From the NCBI GenBank assembly GCA_016713875.1, contig JADJOI010000002.1, positions 17,092-81,091 on the forward strand: DNA of 64,000 bases, given 5' to 3'. The position numbers and the translations under genes are program-made. Under the pieces are notes generated by a model that was given only the letters and a program-made list of their open reading frames with translations, was not told the origin of the DNA and did no database searches. Within the stretch, counting starts at the first letter, position 1; each line of letters begins with the position of its first letter. Positions 33,051 to 40,545 of this stretch are shown one piece after another. Source of the stretch: Flavobacteriales bacterium (GTDB taxonomy: Bacteria; Bacteroidota; Bacteroidia; Flavobacteriales_F; PHOS-HE28).

Positions 33051-33100
33051 GTGATTCTGCGTTAGAGGGTCTCGGCATAGTTACGAAAAAAAAATGGGGG

Positions 33101-33151
33101 CTAGATCACCACAGGGTGTCCGCCAAACCTCCACTCGCTCCCCCACACCCC
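33101..33151 (+). repeat. intergenic repeat family A, copy 1 (internally deleted)
   Basis: CTAGATCACCACAGGGTGTCCGCCAAACCTCC is joined to ACTCGCTCCCCCACACCCC. It aligns to both ends of copy 5 (38327-38460). Confidence 0.7.
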
Positions 33152-33493
33152 CTGATCAACTACCTCAACCGCCGCTTCGTGCCCGTGAGCAATAGCGCCA
33201 ATGGCGAGTTATCGCCCGAAGTGGTGTTCCACTACCAACAGACCGGCCGTATCGTCACGTGCCGCTATTCCGGTGGCCGCATCGTCAGCGGGCAGTTTAT
33301 CGCCTTGGTGGATGCCGAGGGCCGCCTGGACATGCGCTACCACCAAGTGAACGACCGCGACAAACTGAAGACGGGCGTGTGCCGGTCAACGCCGGAGCTA
33401 CTCCCCGATGGGCGCATCCGCCTGCACGAGGCCTGGCGCTGGACCAGTGGGGATGGGTCGAGCGGGAGTTCGGTGTTGGAGGAGGTGCGGTGA
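33116..33493 (+). CDS. small conserved protein, paralog A (family often annotated N-acetylglutamate synthase-like; function unknown)
   Basis: About 88-90% nucleotide identity to 38461-38802. The codon homologous to the paralog B ATG is CTG (33152-33154), and the only in-frame start is GTG 33116, inside repeat A. Confidence 0.6.
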   Translation: MSAKPPLAPPHPLINYLNRRFVPVSNSANGELSPEVVFHYQQTGRIVTCRYSGGRIVSGQFIALVDAEGRLDMRYHQVNDRDKLKTGVCRSTPELLPDGRIRLHEAWRWTSGDGSSGSSVLEEVR

Positions 33494-33568
33494 GGGGGGC
33501 GGCAGTCTGTCTTGAGCCGTGAAGGGTGTTCAGCACTTCTTGAGGGTCGCAGGGTGTTCATCTTTAGC

Positions 33569-33615
33569 GCACGTGTTCCGAGCGCGGTGGAGCAAGCGGT
33601 CTGGCCACTTGGGCC
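33569..33615 (+). repeat. intergenic repeat family C, copy 2
   Basis: GCACGTGTTCCGAGCGCGGTGGAGCAAGCGGTCTGGCCACTTGGGCC. Confidence 0.55.
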
Positions 33616-33642
33616 CGCTGCTCATGCCTGTCCGGCCCGACC

Positions 33643-33650
33643 TAGCTTTG
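33643..33650 (+). promoter_or_regulatory. -7 box TAGCTTTG 4 nt upstream of ATG 33655
   Basis: Exact TAnnTTTG; it implies a leaderless transcript for the FISUMP lipoprotein gene. Confidence 0.4.
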
Positions 33651-33654
33651 AGCG

Positions 33655-34335
33655 ATGCGCACACCGCTCACCACCTTGCTGCCCGTTCTGGTGTTCGTCG
33701 CCTGCTCGTCCGCAAAGCACGATGAGGCACGGCTGCCCGCCAACGCGGGTGTGCGGTCCGCATCCACCATGATCTGCGGCGCCGAATGGTCGACCCACAA
33801 CCTGGATGTGGCCACCTACCGCAACGGCGATCCCATCCCGCAGGTCACCGATCCTGCGGCGTGGGTGAAGCTGACCACCGGCGCGTGGTGCTGGTACAAC
33901 AACGACTCGGCCACCTATCACGGGTATGGCCGCCTGTACAACTGGTACGCGGTGAACGATCCGCGTGGTCTCGCTCCGCAAGGCTGGCACGTGCTCACGG
34001 ATGTGGAGTGGGAGGCGATGGAGACTTGCCTGGGCGAGGATTCGGTCGGGTATCGACTGCGGGCGGAAGGGCAATGGCGCTGCGCTGCCACGATGATCGA
34101 CAACAGCAGTGGCTTTCATGGGCTGCCCAGTGGAAAGCGCTCAGCAGAGGGGATGTTCACCCATGCCGACAGCTCCGCGGTGTATTGGACAGCGGATGAA
34201 GGAAGTGTGAGCGATGCTTGGTGCGGGCGCTTGATCCACAATGAGAGCGTGCGTAGTGTTCCCACGATGATCACGGGCGTGGGCTACATGAACAAGGCAG
34301 AGGGGTACTCGGTGCGGTGCGTGAAGGACCGGTAG
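33655..34335 (+). CDS. FISUMP-domain lipoprotein (Fibrobacter succinogenes major paralogous domain)
   Basis: Lipobox LLPVLVFVACS, GRLYNWYA, the WHVLTDVEWEAM motif and C-terminal GYSVRCVKD. Confidence 0.8.
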   Translation: MRTPLTTLLPVLVFVACSSAKHDEARLPANAGVRSASTMICGAEWSTHNLDVATYRNGDPIPQVTDPAAWVKLTTGAWCWYNNDSATYHGYGRLYNWYAVNDPRGLAPQGWHVLTDVEWEAMETCLGEDSVGYRLRAEGQWRCAATMIDNSSGFHGLPSGKRSAEGMFTHADSSAVYWTADEGSVSDAWCGRLIHNESVRSVPTMITGVGYMNKAEGYSVRCVKDR

Positions 34336-34369
34336 CGGGGGGGGCGTTGGCAACTGTGCCTCGCTGCGC

Positions 34370-34963
34370 TCACGGATGGAGGCGTTCCCCGCGCTCCAGC
34401 ATCGCCACGAACTGCGCCAGGCGCTTCGTGCGCGTCTCCGGCTTCACGCTCTTCTCCAAGCGGTGCAGGATCGCGAAGCGGTTCTGGGCATTGAGCTCCT
34501 TGTAACAGGCCTTGGCACGTGGGCTCTTGCGCAGCGCGGCCAGCAGGTCCTTCGGTTCGGTGATGGTGGAGCCCGGGCTGTACGCGCGGTCCCACTCGCC
34601 GTTGGCCTTCGCGACCTCCATGGCTGCGAGCCCGGCGGGCATCATCACCCCGGCCTCGATCAATGCGAGCACGCGTTCGCGGTTGATCTGGCTCCAGATG
34701 CTGCGCGCCTTGCGGGGCGTGAAGTGTTGCACGAACGAAACCGCATCGTACGATTTCCGGATGGCGTCGATCCAGCCGTGGCAGAGCGCGGTCTCCACCG
34801 CCTCATCGTACGTGAGGGTGACCAGGCCGCTGTTCTTCTTGCCGATGCGCAACCAGACACCGCTGTTCCTGGCGTGGTTCTTCGTCAGCCAGGCGTGCCA
34901 CTCGCCGGTATTCGCGAAGAGGTGTAATTCGCTCTCTTCGATGGTGGCGGTCCGCTTGGTCAT
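34370..34963 (-). CDS. YdeI/OmpD-associated family protein
   Basis: MTKRTATIEESELHLFANTGEWHAWLTKNH...GWIDAIRKS...PRAKACYKELNAQNRFAILHRL. The start ATG 34963 was chosen within the longer track ORF. Confidence 0.75.
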   Translation of the reverse strand: MTKRTATIEESELHLFANTGEWHAWLTKNHARNSGVWLRIGKKNSGLVTLTYDEAVETALCHGWIDAIRKSYDAVSFVQHFTPRKARSIWSQINRERVLALIEAGVMMPAGLAAMEVAKANGEWDRAYSPGSTITEPKDLLAALRKSPRAKACYKELNAQNRFAILHRLEKSVKPETRTKRLAQFVAMLERGERLHP

Positions 34964-34997
34964 GGTGCGAATTTCGGGTGTGTTCGCCCTCATTGTC

Positions 34998-35051
34998 GCA
35001 AGTGTTCCGCGCGGGCGGGCAATTGCGTGGGCGAGCGGGCCACTTGTGACC
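34998..35051 (+). repeat. intergenic repeat family C, copy 3
   Basis: GCAAGTGTTCCGCGCGGGCGGGCAATTGCGTGGGCGAGCGGGCCACTTGTGACC. Confidence 0.55.
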
Positions 35052-35161
35052 TGCAAGCTGTCTTTGCGCAAGTCCGTTCCGGTCTGTTCGCCAGTCTCGC
35101 GCCTTCGCCAAGGCTTCGGCGGAGGCACTGTGACTGGCCCCGGCAGTACCTTGGAATGTGC

Positions 35162-35265
35162 CTAGACCACCGTAGAGTGTCCTCAAACCTCCGCAGTGGT
35201 CTCCCGCACTTTTGGCGGCGCCCCTGCGGCTCGCAGCCGTGCTCACCACGCCATCTTCTCCGGCA
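35162..35265 (+). repeat. intergenic repeat family A, copy 2
   Basis: CTAGACCACCGTAGAGTGTCC...TTTTGGCGGCGCCCCTGCGGCTCGCAGCCGTG...CATCTTCTCCGG aligns with copy 3. Confidence 0.7.
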
Positions 35266-35306
35266 TTGCCTGCCGTAGCGCTTCGCGAAGGCAGTGGTCC
35301 AGCCCA

Positions 35307-35657
35307 TCAGTAGCTGCGCTGCCGAATACCATCCTCTTCGATCACCGTGAAGCGCCTTTCGAGAATGGTGCTAGTAGCGAGCGCATCGTGGATCAGCGCA
35401 GCGGCCGCCTTGGGATCTTTGCCGCGATAGCGCAGGAAGAGTACGGCCGGTGGTGAGTCGATACCGCCTTTGAAGATCAATTCGCCGTAATCCTAGTCAA
35501 ACGTGAGGATGATGCGGTCCTCGGCCTGCGCCATGGCGATCACCTGCTGGTCGGCAATGCCCGGTGCATCCGTGCGGACGCTCTTCACGTCGTGCCCGGC
35601 CGCGCGCAGAAGGTGAATGCTCGGGTCAGGAAAGTTCTCGTTGGCCAGGAAGCGCAT
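35307..35657 (-). pseudogene. DUF5615 (PIN-like, Mut7-C-type) toxin gene with in-frame amber codon
   Basis: Hand translation: MRFLANENFPDPSIHLLRAAGHDVKSVRTDAPGIADQQVIAMAQAEDRIILTFD*DYGELIF...FTVIEEDGIRQRSY. The TAG is at 35493-35495, where the family has Lys (TFDKDFGEL). Confidence 0.8.
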
Positions 35658-35893
35658 CACGCGGTGCGGCGCAGGGGCAGGTACATGGCCTGGTGCATGC
35701 CATCACGCAGATAGGCGAACACCGCTTTCAGGTCATCGGCCGTGATGTTCGGATAGCTCTCCAGCACATGTGCTTCGGTCCAGCCCTCGGCCATGAGTTC
35801 AAGGACGAGTTCCACGGAGATGCGCGTGCCCTTGATCACCGGCTTGCCCAGCAGGATGTCCTTGTCGGAGACGATGCGCGTGCGCCATTCCAT
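35657..35893 (-). CDS. DUF433 antitoxin-like protein
   Basis: MEWRTRIVSDKDILLGKPVIKGTRISVELVLELMAEGWTEAHVLESYPNITADDLKAVFAY. It overlaps the start of the DUF5615 gene. Confidence 0.8.
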   Translation of the reverse strand: MEWRTRIVSDKDILLGKPVIKGTRISVELVLELMAEGWTEAHVLESYPNITADDLKAVFAYLRDGMHQAMYLPLRRTA

Positions 35894-35950
35894 GATGACC
35901 AAAGGTATGCAAAGTGAGCGTGCGTAGCCGTTCACCCATGCGGCTCACCT

Positions 35951-36057
35951 CCAGCCACTGCGCTCACTCACCTTGCCGATCTGGCGGTCCTAGTGCTCGC
36001 TTTGCGGTGGTTCCGGGGATGTGGTGGCAGGGCAGGGTCGCATCCGGAACCTGGAGG
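35951..36057 (+). repeat. intergenic repeat family B, copy 1
   Basis: CCAGCCACTGCGCTCACTCACCTTGCCGATCTGGCGGTCC...GGTGGTTCCGGGGATG...GGTCGCATCCGGAACCTGGAGG. It aligns with 36949-37056. Confidence 0.75.
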
Positions 36058-36131
36058 GCAGCTTGCTCCTGCCGGGCGGCGATCAGGCGCCTATTGCGAT
36101 ACGGTGCAAGAGCTGAGGAGATAGCGGGGCT

Positions 36132-36206
36132 CCATTTGTCCAACAGCCTGTTGGACAAATGGGCGAGGGCGGTCCCAATTGTGCAACGGCTTGTTGCACA
36201 ATTGGG
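36132..36206. repeat. two adjacent near-perfect palindromes
   Basis: 36132-36162: CCATTTGTCCAACAG-C-CTGTTGGACAAATGG (15-bp arms). 36174-36206: CCCAATTGTGCAAC-GGCTT-GTTGCACAATTGGG (14-bp arms). Confidence 0.85.
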
Positions 36207-36225
36207 CGGTTGTTCTCCGGTGATC

Positions 36226-36329
36226 CTGAAGCCACCGCAGGGTGTCCCCCCAACCTCCGCCGGGTCTCTCGCGCATTTGGCGGGGACCCTGCGGCTCGCG
36301 GCCGTGATCACCACGCTATCTTCTCCGGG
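36226..36329 (+). repeat. intergenic repeat family A, copy 3 (most complete)
   Basis: CTGAAGCCACCGCAGGGTGTCC...CATTTGGCGGGGACCCTGCGGCTCGCGGCCGTGATCACCACGCTATCTTCTCCGGG. It contains a 9-bp inverted repeat, CCGCAGGGT (36235-36243) / ACCCTGCGG (36286-36294). Confidence 0.75.
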
Positions 36330-36395
36330 TCCTGCCGCACGTCGCAGATGTCAACCGTGCCATCACGCCCTAACTTTGGTCAACATTCATTCACC

Positions 36396-36632
36396 ATGGA
36401 CATCGCCCTGAAGAAGCTCGACCTGATCCAACGCTTGATGCAGGTATGGGACGAGGCCACCTTGCAGCGCATCGCCAAGACCATCGAGGCGGAAGTGCCG
36501 GAGGTGGACATGGACATGAGCGATGAGGACTGGGCGGAGCTGGAGCGCAGGCGCGCAGAACACCTGCACGGTGAAGGGAAGTCCTACACCAAGGACGAGG
36601 CGATGCGCCTATTGCGAGCTGGCCGGAAATGA
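36396..36632 (+). CDS. addiction-module antitoxin component (TIGR02574-like)
   Basis: MDIALKKLDLIQRLMQVWDE...SDEDWAELERRRAEHLHGEGKSYTKDEAM. Its stop overlaps the toxin start (ATGA). Confidence 0.7.
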   Translation: MDIALKKLDLIQRLMQVWDEATLQRIAKTIEAEVPEVDMDMSDEDWAELERRRAEHLHGEGKSYTKDEAMRLLRAGRK

Positions 36633-36925
36633 AACGCTTCGCGCTCGATGCGCGGCAGGTTGCGCTTGACGATGCCGCAGCGATCTGTGACTGGTACGAG
36701 GAACAGCAACCCGGTTTGGGTGATCGCTTCCTCGCCGCTTTGGACGCCTGCTTTGAGGACTTGATGAGTAGTCCGTTCCGGCAAGTGCGGAAGGAGCCGT
36801 TCCGTTATGCGAGCATTCAAGGCTTTCCGCATTATCGCGTGGTGTTCGCGGTCGATGGCGAGGTCATCACCGTGTACCAAGTGCGGCACACGAGCCGCAA
36901 GCCACATCCCAAGTTCGGCCCGTGA
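36629..36925 (+). CDS. RelE/ParE-family type II toxin
   Basis: 98 aa; FLAALDACFEDLMSSPF...FPHYRVVFAVDGEVITVYQVRHTSRKP is typical of ParE/RelE plasmid-stabilisation toxins. Confidence 0.8.
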   Translation: MKRFALDARQVALDDAAAICDWYEEQQPGLGDRFLAALDACFEDLMSSPFRQVRKEPFRYASIQGFPHYRVVFAVDGEVITVYQVRHTSRKPHPKFGP

Positions 36926-36948
36926 ACGATCGACCCGGCGGCCGCCCC

Positions 36949-37056
36949 CCAGCCACTGCGCTAACTCACCTTGCCGATCTGGCGGTCCTGTTTGCTCACT
37001 ATCCGGTGGTTCCGGGGATGAGGCGGCAGGGAAGGGTCGCATCCGGAACCTGGAGG
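36949..37056 (+). repeat. intergenic repeat family B, copy 2
   Basis: It aligns along its whole length with 35951-36057 and is followed by repeat A copy 4. Confidence 0.75.
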
Positions 37057-37086
37057 AGCTTGGGCCGACCTGACGGCGGTCAGATG

Positions 37087-37137
37087 CTACTGGACCACCG
37101 CAGGGTGTCCACCCGGACCACCGCCGGGTCAGTCCGC
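37087..37137 (+). repeat. intergenic repeat family A, copy 4 (truncated)
   Basis: CTACTGGACCACCGCAGGGTGTCCACCCGGACCACCGCCGGGTCAGTCCGC. Confidence 0.6.
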
Positions 37138-37203
37138 TGCTGTTGAGAGGGCATCGGCCTGTCGATCACCGGGCATACGGGGCGCTTGGTTTAGGTTCGC
37201 GCG

Positions 37204-38310
37204 ATGGCTTCGACCCTGCCACGTAACGCGCCGATCGACCTGCTGCGCGGCATCGCGGTGGTGTTGGTGATGTTGCTGCACTATTCCCTCACCTATCGCC
37301 TGCCGGACAGCGTGCTCGGCGACCTGTTCACCCCGAAAGGAGTGGCGCGTGTTGTCATGAACGGCAACTACGGCGTCACCATGTTCTTCGTGATCTCGGG
37401 CTACCTGATCACCACCAACAGCTTGGGCCGTTGGACTTCATTGGAGCGGATGGATCGACTGGCCTTCTACAAGCGTCGCGCCCGACGCATCGTGCCGCCG
37501 CTGCTGGTAGCTGTGGCGATGATCCTTGTCCTCGGTTCGGCAGGCCGGCCGTCGTTCGCGAACAAGCAGCACGGTGAGGTGATGGATCCCGGGTTCTGGT
37601 GGCTCGCCATTGGATCGGTGCTCACGTTCTGGCATAATGTGCTCATGCAGTCGGAAGGCTACTTCAACTATGCGCTCAACATCTACTGGTCGCTGTCGGT
37701 GGAGGAGGTGTTCTACCTGCTGTTCCCGGTGGTGGCCACACTGCTACCGAGGCGGGCCTTTCTGCTCGCCTGTGCGGCCATGGTGGTCGCAGGGCCGGTG
37801 TATCGTTCGATGCATGTGGAGCGCGAGCTGGACTATCTGTACGGCTATCTCGCCTGCTTCGATGCCATCGCGATCGGCTGCCTGCTGGCGTTCGTGGCAC
37901 CGCAAGTGGCGCTACGTGGACCGTGGCCGATGCTGATCACGGTGCTAGCGACCGTTGTGTTGGCTGTGTTATACCTGAGCGGCATCGGAGGTAACGAGGT
38001 GTTCGGGTTCACTGGCATCGCCTTGAGCACGGCTGTGATCATCCTGTTCAATGCGCGGTGGCAGGGCACGGGGAAGAGCGGGCGGTCGCTTGCAATGACC
38101 GTCGCGCCATTGCGCTGGATGGGACGCCACAGCTACGAACTGTACCTGTTCCACATCATTGTGCTGGGGCTGATGCGTGACGCGATCGGGCGCGATCAAC
38201 TGGCGCGCGGCATGAAGCTGCCGTGGATGCTGTTGTTCTTGGGGTTGTCGGCGTTGGTGTCCCTCGGGATGGGACGTTTTGCGCAGCGCTGGAACCGTGC
38301 AGGGCAGTGA
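37204..38310 (+). CDS. acyltransferase family 3 (OafA-like) membrane protein
   Basis: IDLLRGIAVVLVMLLH, FFVISGYLIT and 9-10 predicted TM helices; 368 aa. Confidence 0.8.
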   Translation: MASTLPRNAPIDLLRGIAVVLVMLLHYSLTYRLPDSVLGDLFTPKGVARVVMNGNYGVTMFFVISGYLITTNSLGRWTSLERMDRLAFYKRRARRIVPPLLVAVAMILVLGSAGRPSFANKQHGEVMDPGFWWLAIGSVLTFWHNVLMQSEGYFNYALNIYWSLSVEEVFYLLFPVVATLLPRRAFLLACAAMVVAGPVYRSMHVERELDYLYGYLACFDAIAIGCLLAFVAPQVALRGPWPMLITVLATVVLAVLYLSGIGGNEVFGFTGIALSTAVIILFNARWQGTGKSGRSLAMTVAPLRWMGRHSYELYLFHIIVLGLMRDAIGRDQLARGMKLPWMLLFLGLSALVSLGMGRFAQRWNRAGQ

Positions 38311-38326
38311 AGGGTCACCCGGTACG

Positions 38327-38460
38327 GACGACTCCAGGGTGTCCGCCCAGACCTTCGCCATGACAGTCCTCTGCACTCTGGCGGGCGTCCCTGTGGCTCG
38401 TAGCCATTCGGGCGTACACATCGCTGTGATCTCGGACCTTCACACGCTCCCCCACACCCC
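38327..38460 (+). repeat. intergenic repeat family A, copy 5
   Basis: GACGACTCCAGGGTGTCCGCCCAGACC...CTGGCGGGCGTCCCTGTGGCTCGTAGCC...ACACGCTCCCCCACACCCC ends at the paralog B start codon. Confidence 0.7.
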
Positions 38461-38802
38461 ATGATCGACTACCACGACCGCCGCTTCTTCCCCGTGAGCA
38501 ACAGTGCCAACGGAGAGGTATCCCCCGAAGTGGTCTTCCACTACCAGCAGGCCGGCCGTATCGTCACGTGCCGCTATTCCGGTGGCCGCATCGTCAGCGG
38601 TCACCTGATCGCCTTGGTGGATTCCGAGGGCCGCCTGGACATGCGCTACCACCAGGTGAACGACCGCGGCGAACTGATGACCGGTGTGTGCCGGTCAACG
38701 CCGGAGCTTCTCCCCGATGGGCGCATCCGCCTGCACGAGGCATGGAGATGGACCAGTGGGGATGGATCGAGCGGGATCTCGGTGTTGGAGGAGGTGCGTT
38801 GA
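38461..38802 (+). CDS. small conserved protein, paralog B (same family as 33116-33493)
   Basis: MIDYHDRRFFPVSNSANGEVSPEVVFHYQQAGRIVTCRYSGGRIVSGHLIALVD... with an intact ATG start. Confidence 0.75.
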   Translation: MIDYHDRRFFPVSNSANGEVSPEVVFHYQQAGRIVTCRYSGGRIVSGHLIALVDSEGRLDMRYHQVNDRGELMTGVCRSTPELLPDGRIRLHEAWRWTSGDGSSGISVLEEVR

Positions 38803-38825
38803 TCTCAATGCTTGGTGAACGAATG

Positions 38826-39257
38826 ATGCGCACACCCCTTCCGAACTTTGGCCGATCGACGATGACCGGCATCTCGATGTTGTTGCTTTCCATCTTTCCG
38901 CTCGGCTGCCTGGGCAGCAAGCAGGACCGTGCCATCGCGAAGGTGGGTAAGCACATGGAGCGGATCCACGATGCGCAGTACACCTGGTCGTTGCGGAAGG
39001 CGACTTCCACCGAGACGGCTGCACGCATGCAGAAGGAGGTGGAGGGCATGCGCAACAAATACGATGTGATCGCCGACACGGCTGCGATCAAGGAACCGCT
39101 GCGCGTTTTCCTGGAGAAATGGACCACCGCTGAACAGGTCGAAGCCTCGCTCCTTGGTGGCGAGCAGGAGTTCATGAGTGAGGTGACCGGCTTTTACATG
39201 CGCGGCTTGGTGCAACGCAAGGAGGGAAGGACGCTGTTCCCGGCGCGGCGACCTTGA
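38826..39257 (+). CDS. hypothetical lipoprotein
   Basis: Signal and lipobox ...MTGISMLLLSIFPLGC. The start is uncertain (ATG 38808, 38823, 38826 or 38862). Confidence 0.5.
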   Translation: MRTPLPNFGRSTMTGISMLLLSIFPLGCLGSKQDRAIAKVGKHMERIHDAQYTWSLRKATSTETAARMQKEVEGMRNKYDVIADTAAIKEPLRVFLEKWTTAEQVEASLLGGEQEFMSEVTGFYMRGLVQRKEGRTLFPARRP

Positions 39258-39390
39258 ACCATACGTTGAACCGCTGCGGCGATCCTCCCGGCCCCTGTTG
39301 GGTCCATGGTGAGGTGTCATTGCCGAACGAAGGACATTCGGCAGCTGACGACCTCGTCCCTCCCCGTTGATCTGGTTTCGACCTGCGCTC

Positions 39391-39645
39391 ATGGTCCGCC
39401 TGCTCTTCACCGCCCTCCTCCTGTTGCTGATCACGACCGGCCGTGGCCAATGCCTGGACAGCCTAGGGGTCGATGGGGCCTTGGGCCTGAACCGATGTGA
39501 AGAGCAGGTGCTGGCCGACCTGGGCGTGACGCGGCCCCTGGCCGAAGCACGGCCCGTCGTGGCCTTCCGCTTCGGCAACCAGGCCCGCCGGATCGGCAAG
39601 GCGGACTTCTTCCAGCGGATCCTGCCCTGGCTGCGTCGCGGATAG
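39391..39645 (+). CDS. small hypothetical secreted protein ending at an in-frame TAG
   Basis: MVRLLFTALLLLLITTGRGQC... The frame stays open with coding-like GC3 for 54 more codons after TAG 39643-39645, to TGA 39808-39810. Confidence 0.4.
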   Translation: MVRLLFTALLLLLITTGRGQCLDSLGVDGALGLNRCEEQVLADLGVTRPLAEARPVVAFRFGNQARRIGKADFFQRILPWLRRG

Positions 39646-39873
39646 CGACCGGGCGTTCAGACGTATGCCCTCACCGAGCAGGAGCGGCAGAACACCGGCG
39701 TGGACGCTGTGGTGGTGGCTTGGAGCAAGGTGGGCTGGACGCGGCGCACCAAGCGTCGTGTGATGAACGACCTGATGCGCGAACGCAGCGGCTGTGCCCG
39801 GCCCGGCTGAGCGGGGGCGGTTCCGTGGAGGACAACAGGGAGCCCCCTCCTGGTGGCATGTGCTCCGAGTGCT

Positions 39874-40545
39874 TCAACAGCCGCGCCCCGGTCGCTGCAC
39901 GTGGTAGTCCACCAGCTGGTACCGGTAGCCGGTAGTGCCCATCGCGAAGCAGGCGCACCACTTCACGCGGCCGATGCCTTCCACCCAATGGGTACGCGGG
40001 TACTTCCACGCGGGGATCACGGGGAACCCGCCGTAGGAGTAACAGGTGCCCGTCATCACGTACGACTGGAAGGTGCCGGCGGGGACGGACACCGGCACGG
40101 GCGCAGGGGACACGCTGTACCGGATGGCAACGGTGCTTGGTGCGGGAATGGAATCCACCCCGATGACCTGGCCGAGGTTGGCGGAGGAGAAGAGCACTTC
40201 GCCGGAACGGCCGAGCAGGAATTCGGCGGGATCGCGCCAGTATTCGATGGCGTTCGAGACCACGCCGTCCGAGGCCTGGCGCACCACGCTCCAGGTGTGG
40301 CCGTCGAGCACGGTGTCGCCCGCGATGAACAGGCGGTCGCGCCGGTGGAAGTTCGGGTCGGCCACGTCCATGGGATCCACGCGATGGCGGTCGTACCCCC
40401 AGTAGTTGCCGCTGTCCAGCTGGCTGAAGTCGGTGATGGACAAGGGTGGGGGTGCCGTGTCCGGTGACGGCGAGGCCGTGTCGTGCTCCTTGCGGCAGGC
40501 GGTGAGCAGCGCGGCGATGGCGGTGGGGGGCAGGGGGATGCTCAT
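39874..40545 (-). CDS. hypothetical lipoprotein
   Basis: MSIPLPPTAIAALLTAC lipobox from ATG 40545. The upstream part of the 339-aa track ORF is Arg/Pro-rich and not credible. Confidence 0.6.
   Translation of the reverse strand: MSIPLPPTAIAALLTACRKEHDTASPSPDTAPPPLSITDFSQLDSGNYWGYDRHRVDPMDVADPNFHRRDRLFIAGDTVLDGHTWSVVRQASDGVVSNAIEYWRDPAEFLLGRSGEVLFSSANLGQVIGVDSIPAPSTVAIRYSVSPAPVPVSVPAGTFQSYVMTGTCYSYGGFPVIPAWKYPRTHWVEGIGRVKWCACFAMGTTGYRYQLVDYHVQRPGRGC

Noticed and set aside
36075-36095. A 13-nt identity (GCGCCTATTGCGA) with the 3' end of the antitoxin gene at about 36605, considered as a remnant of a second TA module.
   Set aside because: Dozens of 13-mer matches are expected by chance within a 64-kb GC-biased window, and the flanking similarity is weak.
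30921-38460. The possibility that the intergenic repeats form a CRISPR array.
   Set aside because: The repeats are 50-130 bp long and diverged. They are irregularly spaced (hundreds to thousands of bp) and separated by genes rather than short spacers. No cas genes are present.
33101-38802. An integron-like cassette array (CALIN). It was suggested by small promoter-poor genes, TA modules, same-orientation repeats and GTCCAAC/GTTGGAC boxes at 36138-36156.
   Set aside because: There is no integrase. The genes lie on both strands. The R-box-like sequence occurs in only one perfect 29-bp palindrome, which is too short and too symmetric for an attC site. Family A copies lack RYYYAAC/GTTRRRY ends.
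35493-39645. Amber (TAG) reassignment as an explanation for the two in-frame TAG codons.
   Set aside because: Many confident genes in the window terminate at TAG at their expected lengths (827-829, 7522-7524, upp, the HAD gene, birA, carB). TAG is therefore a normal stop codon here.
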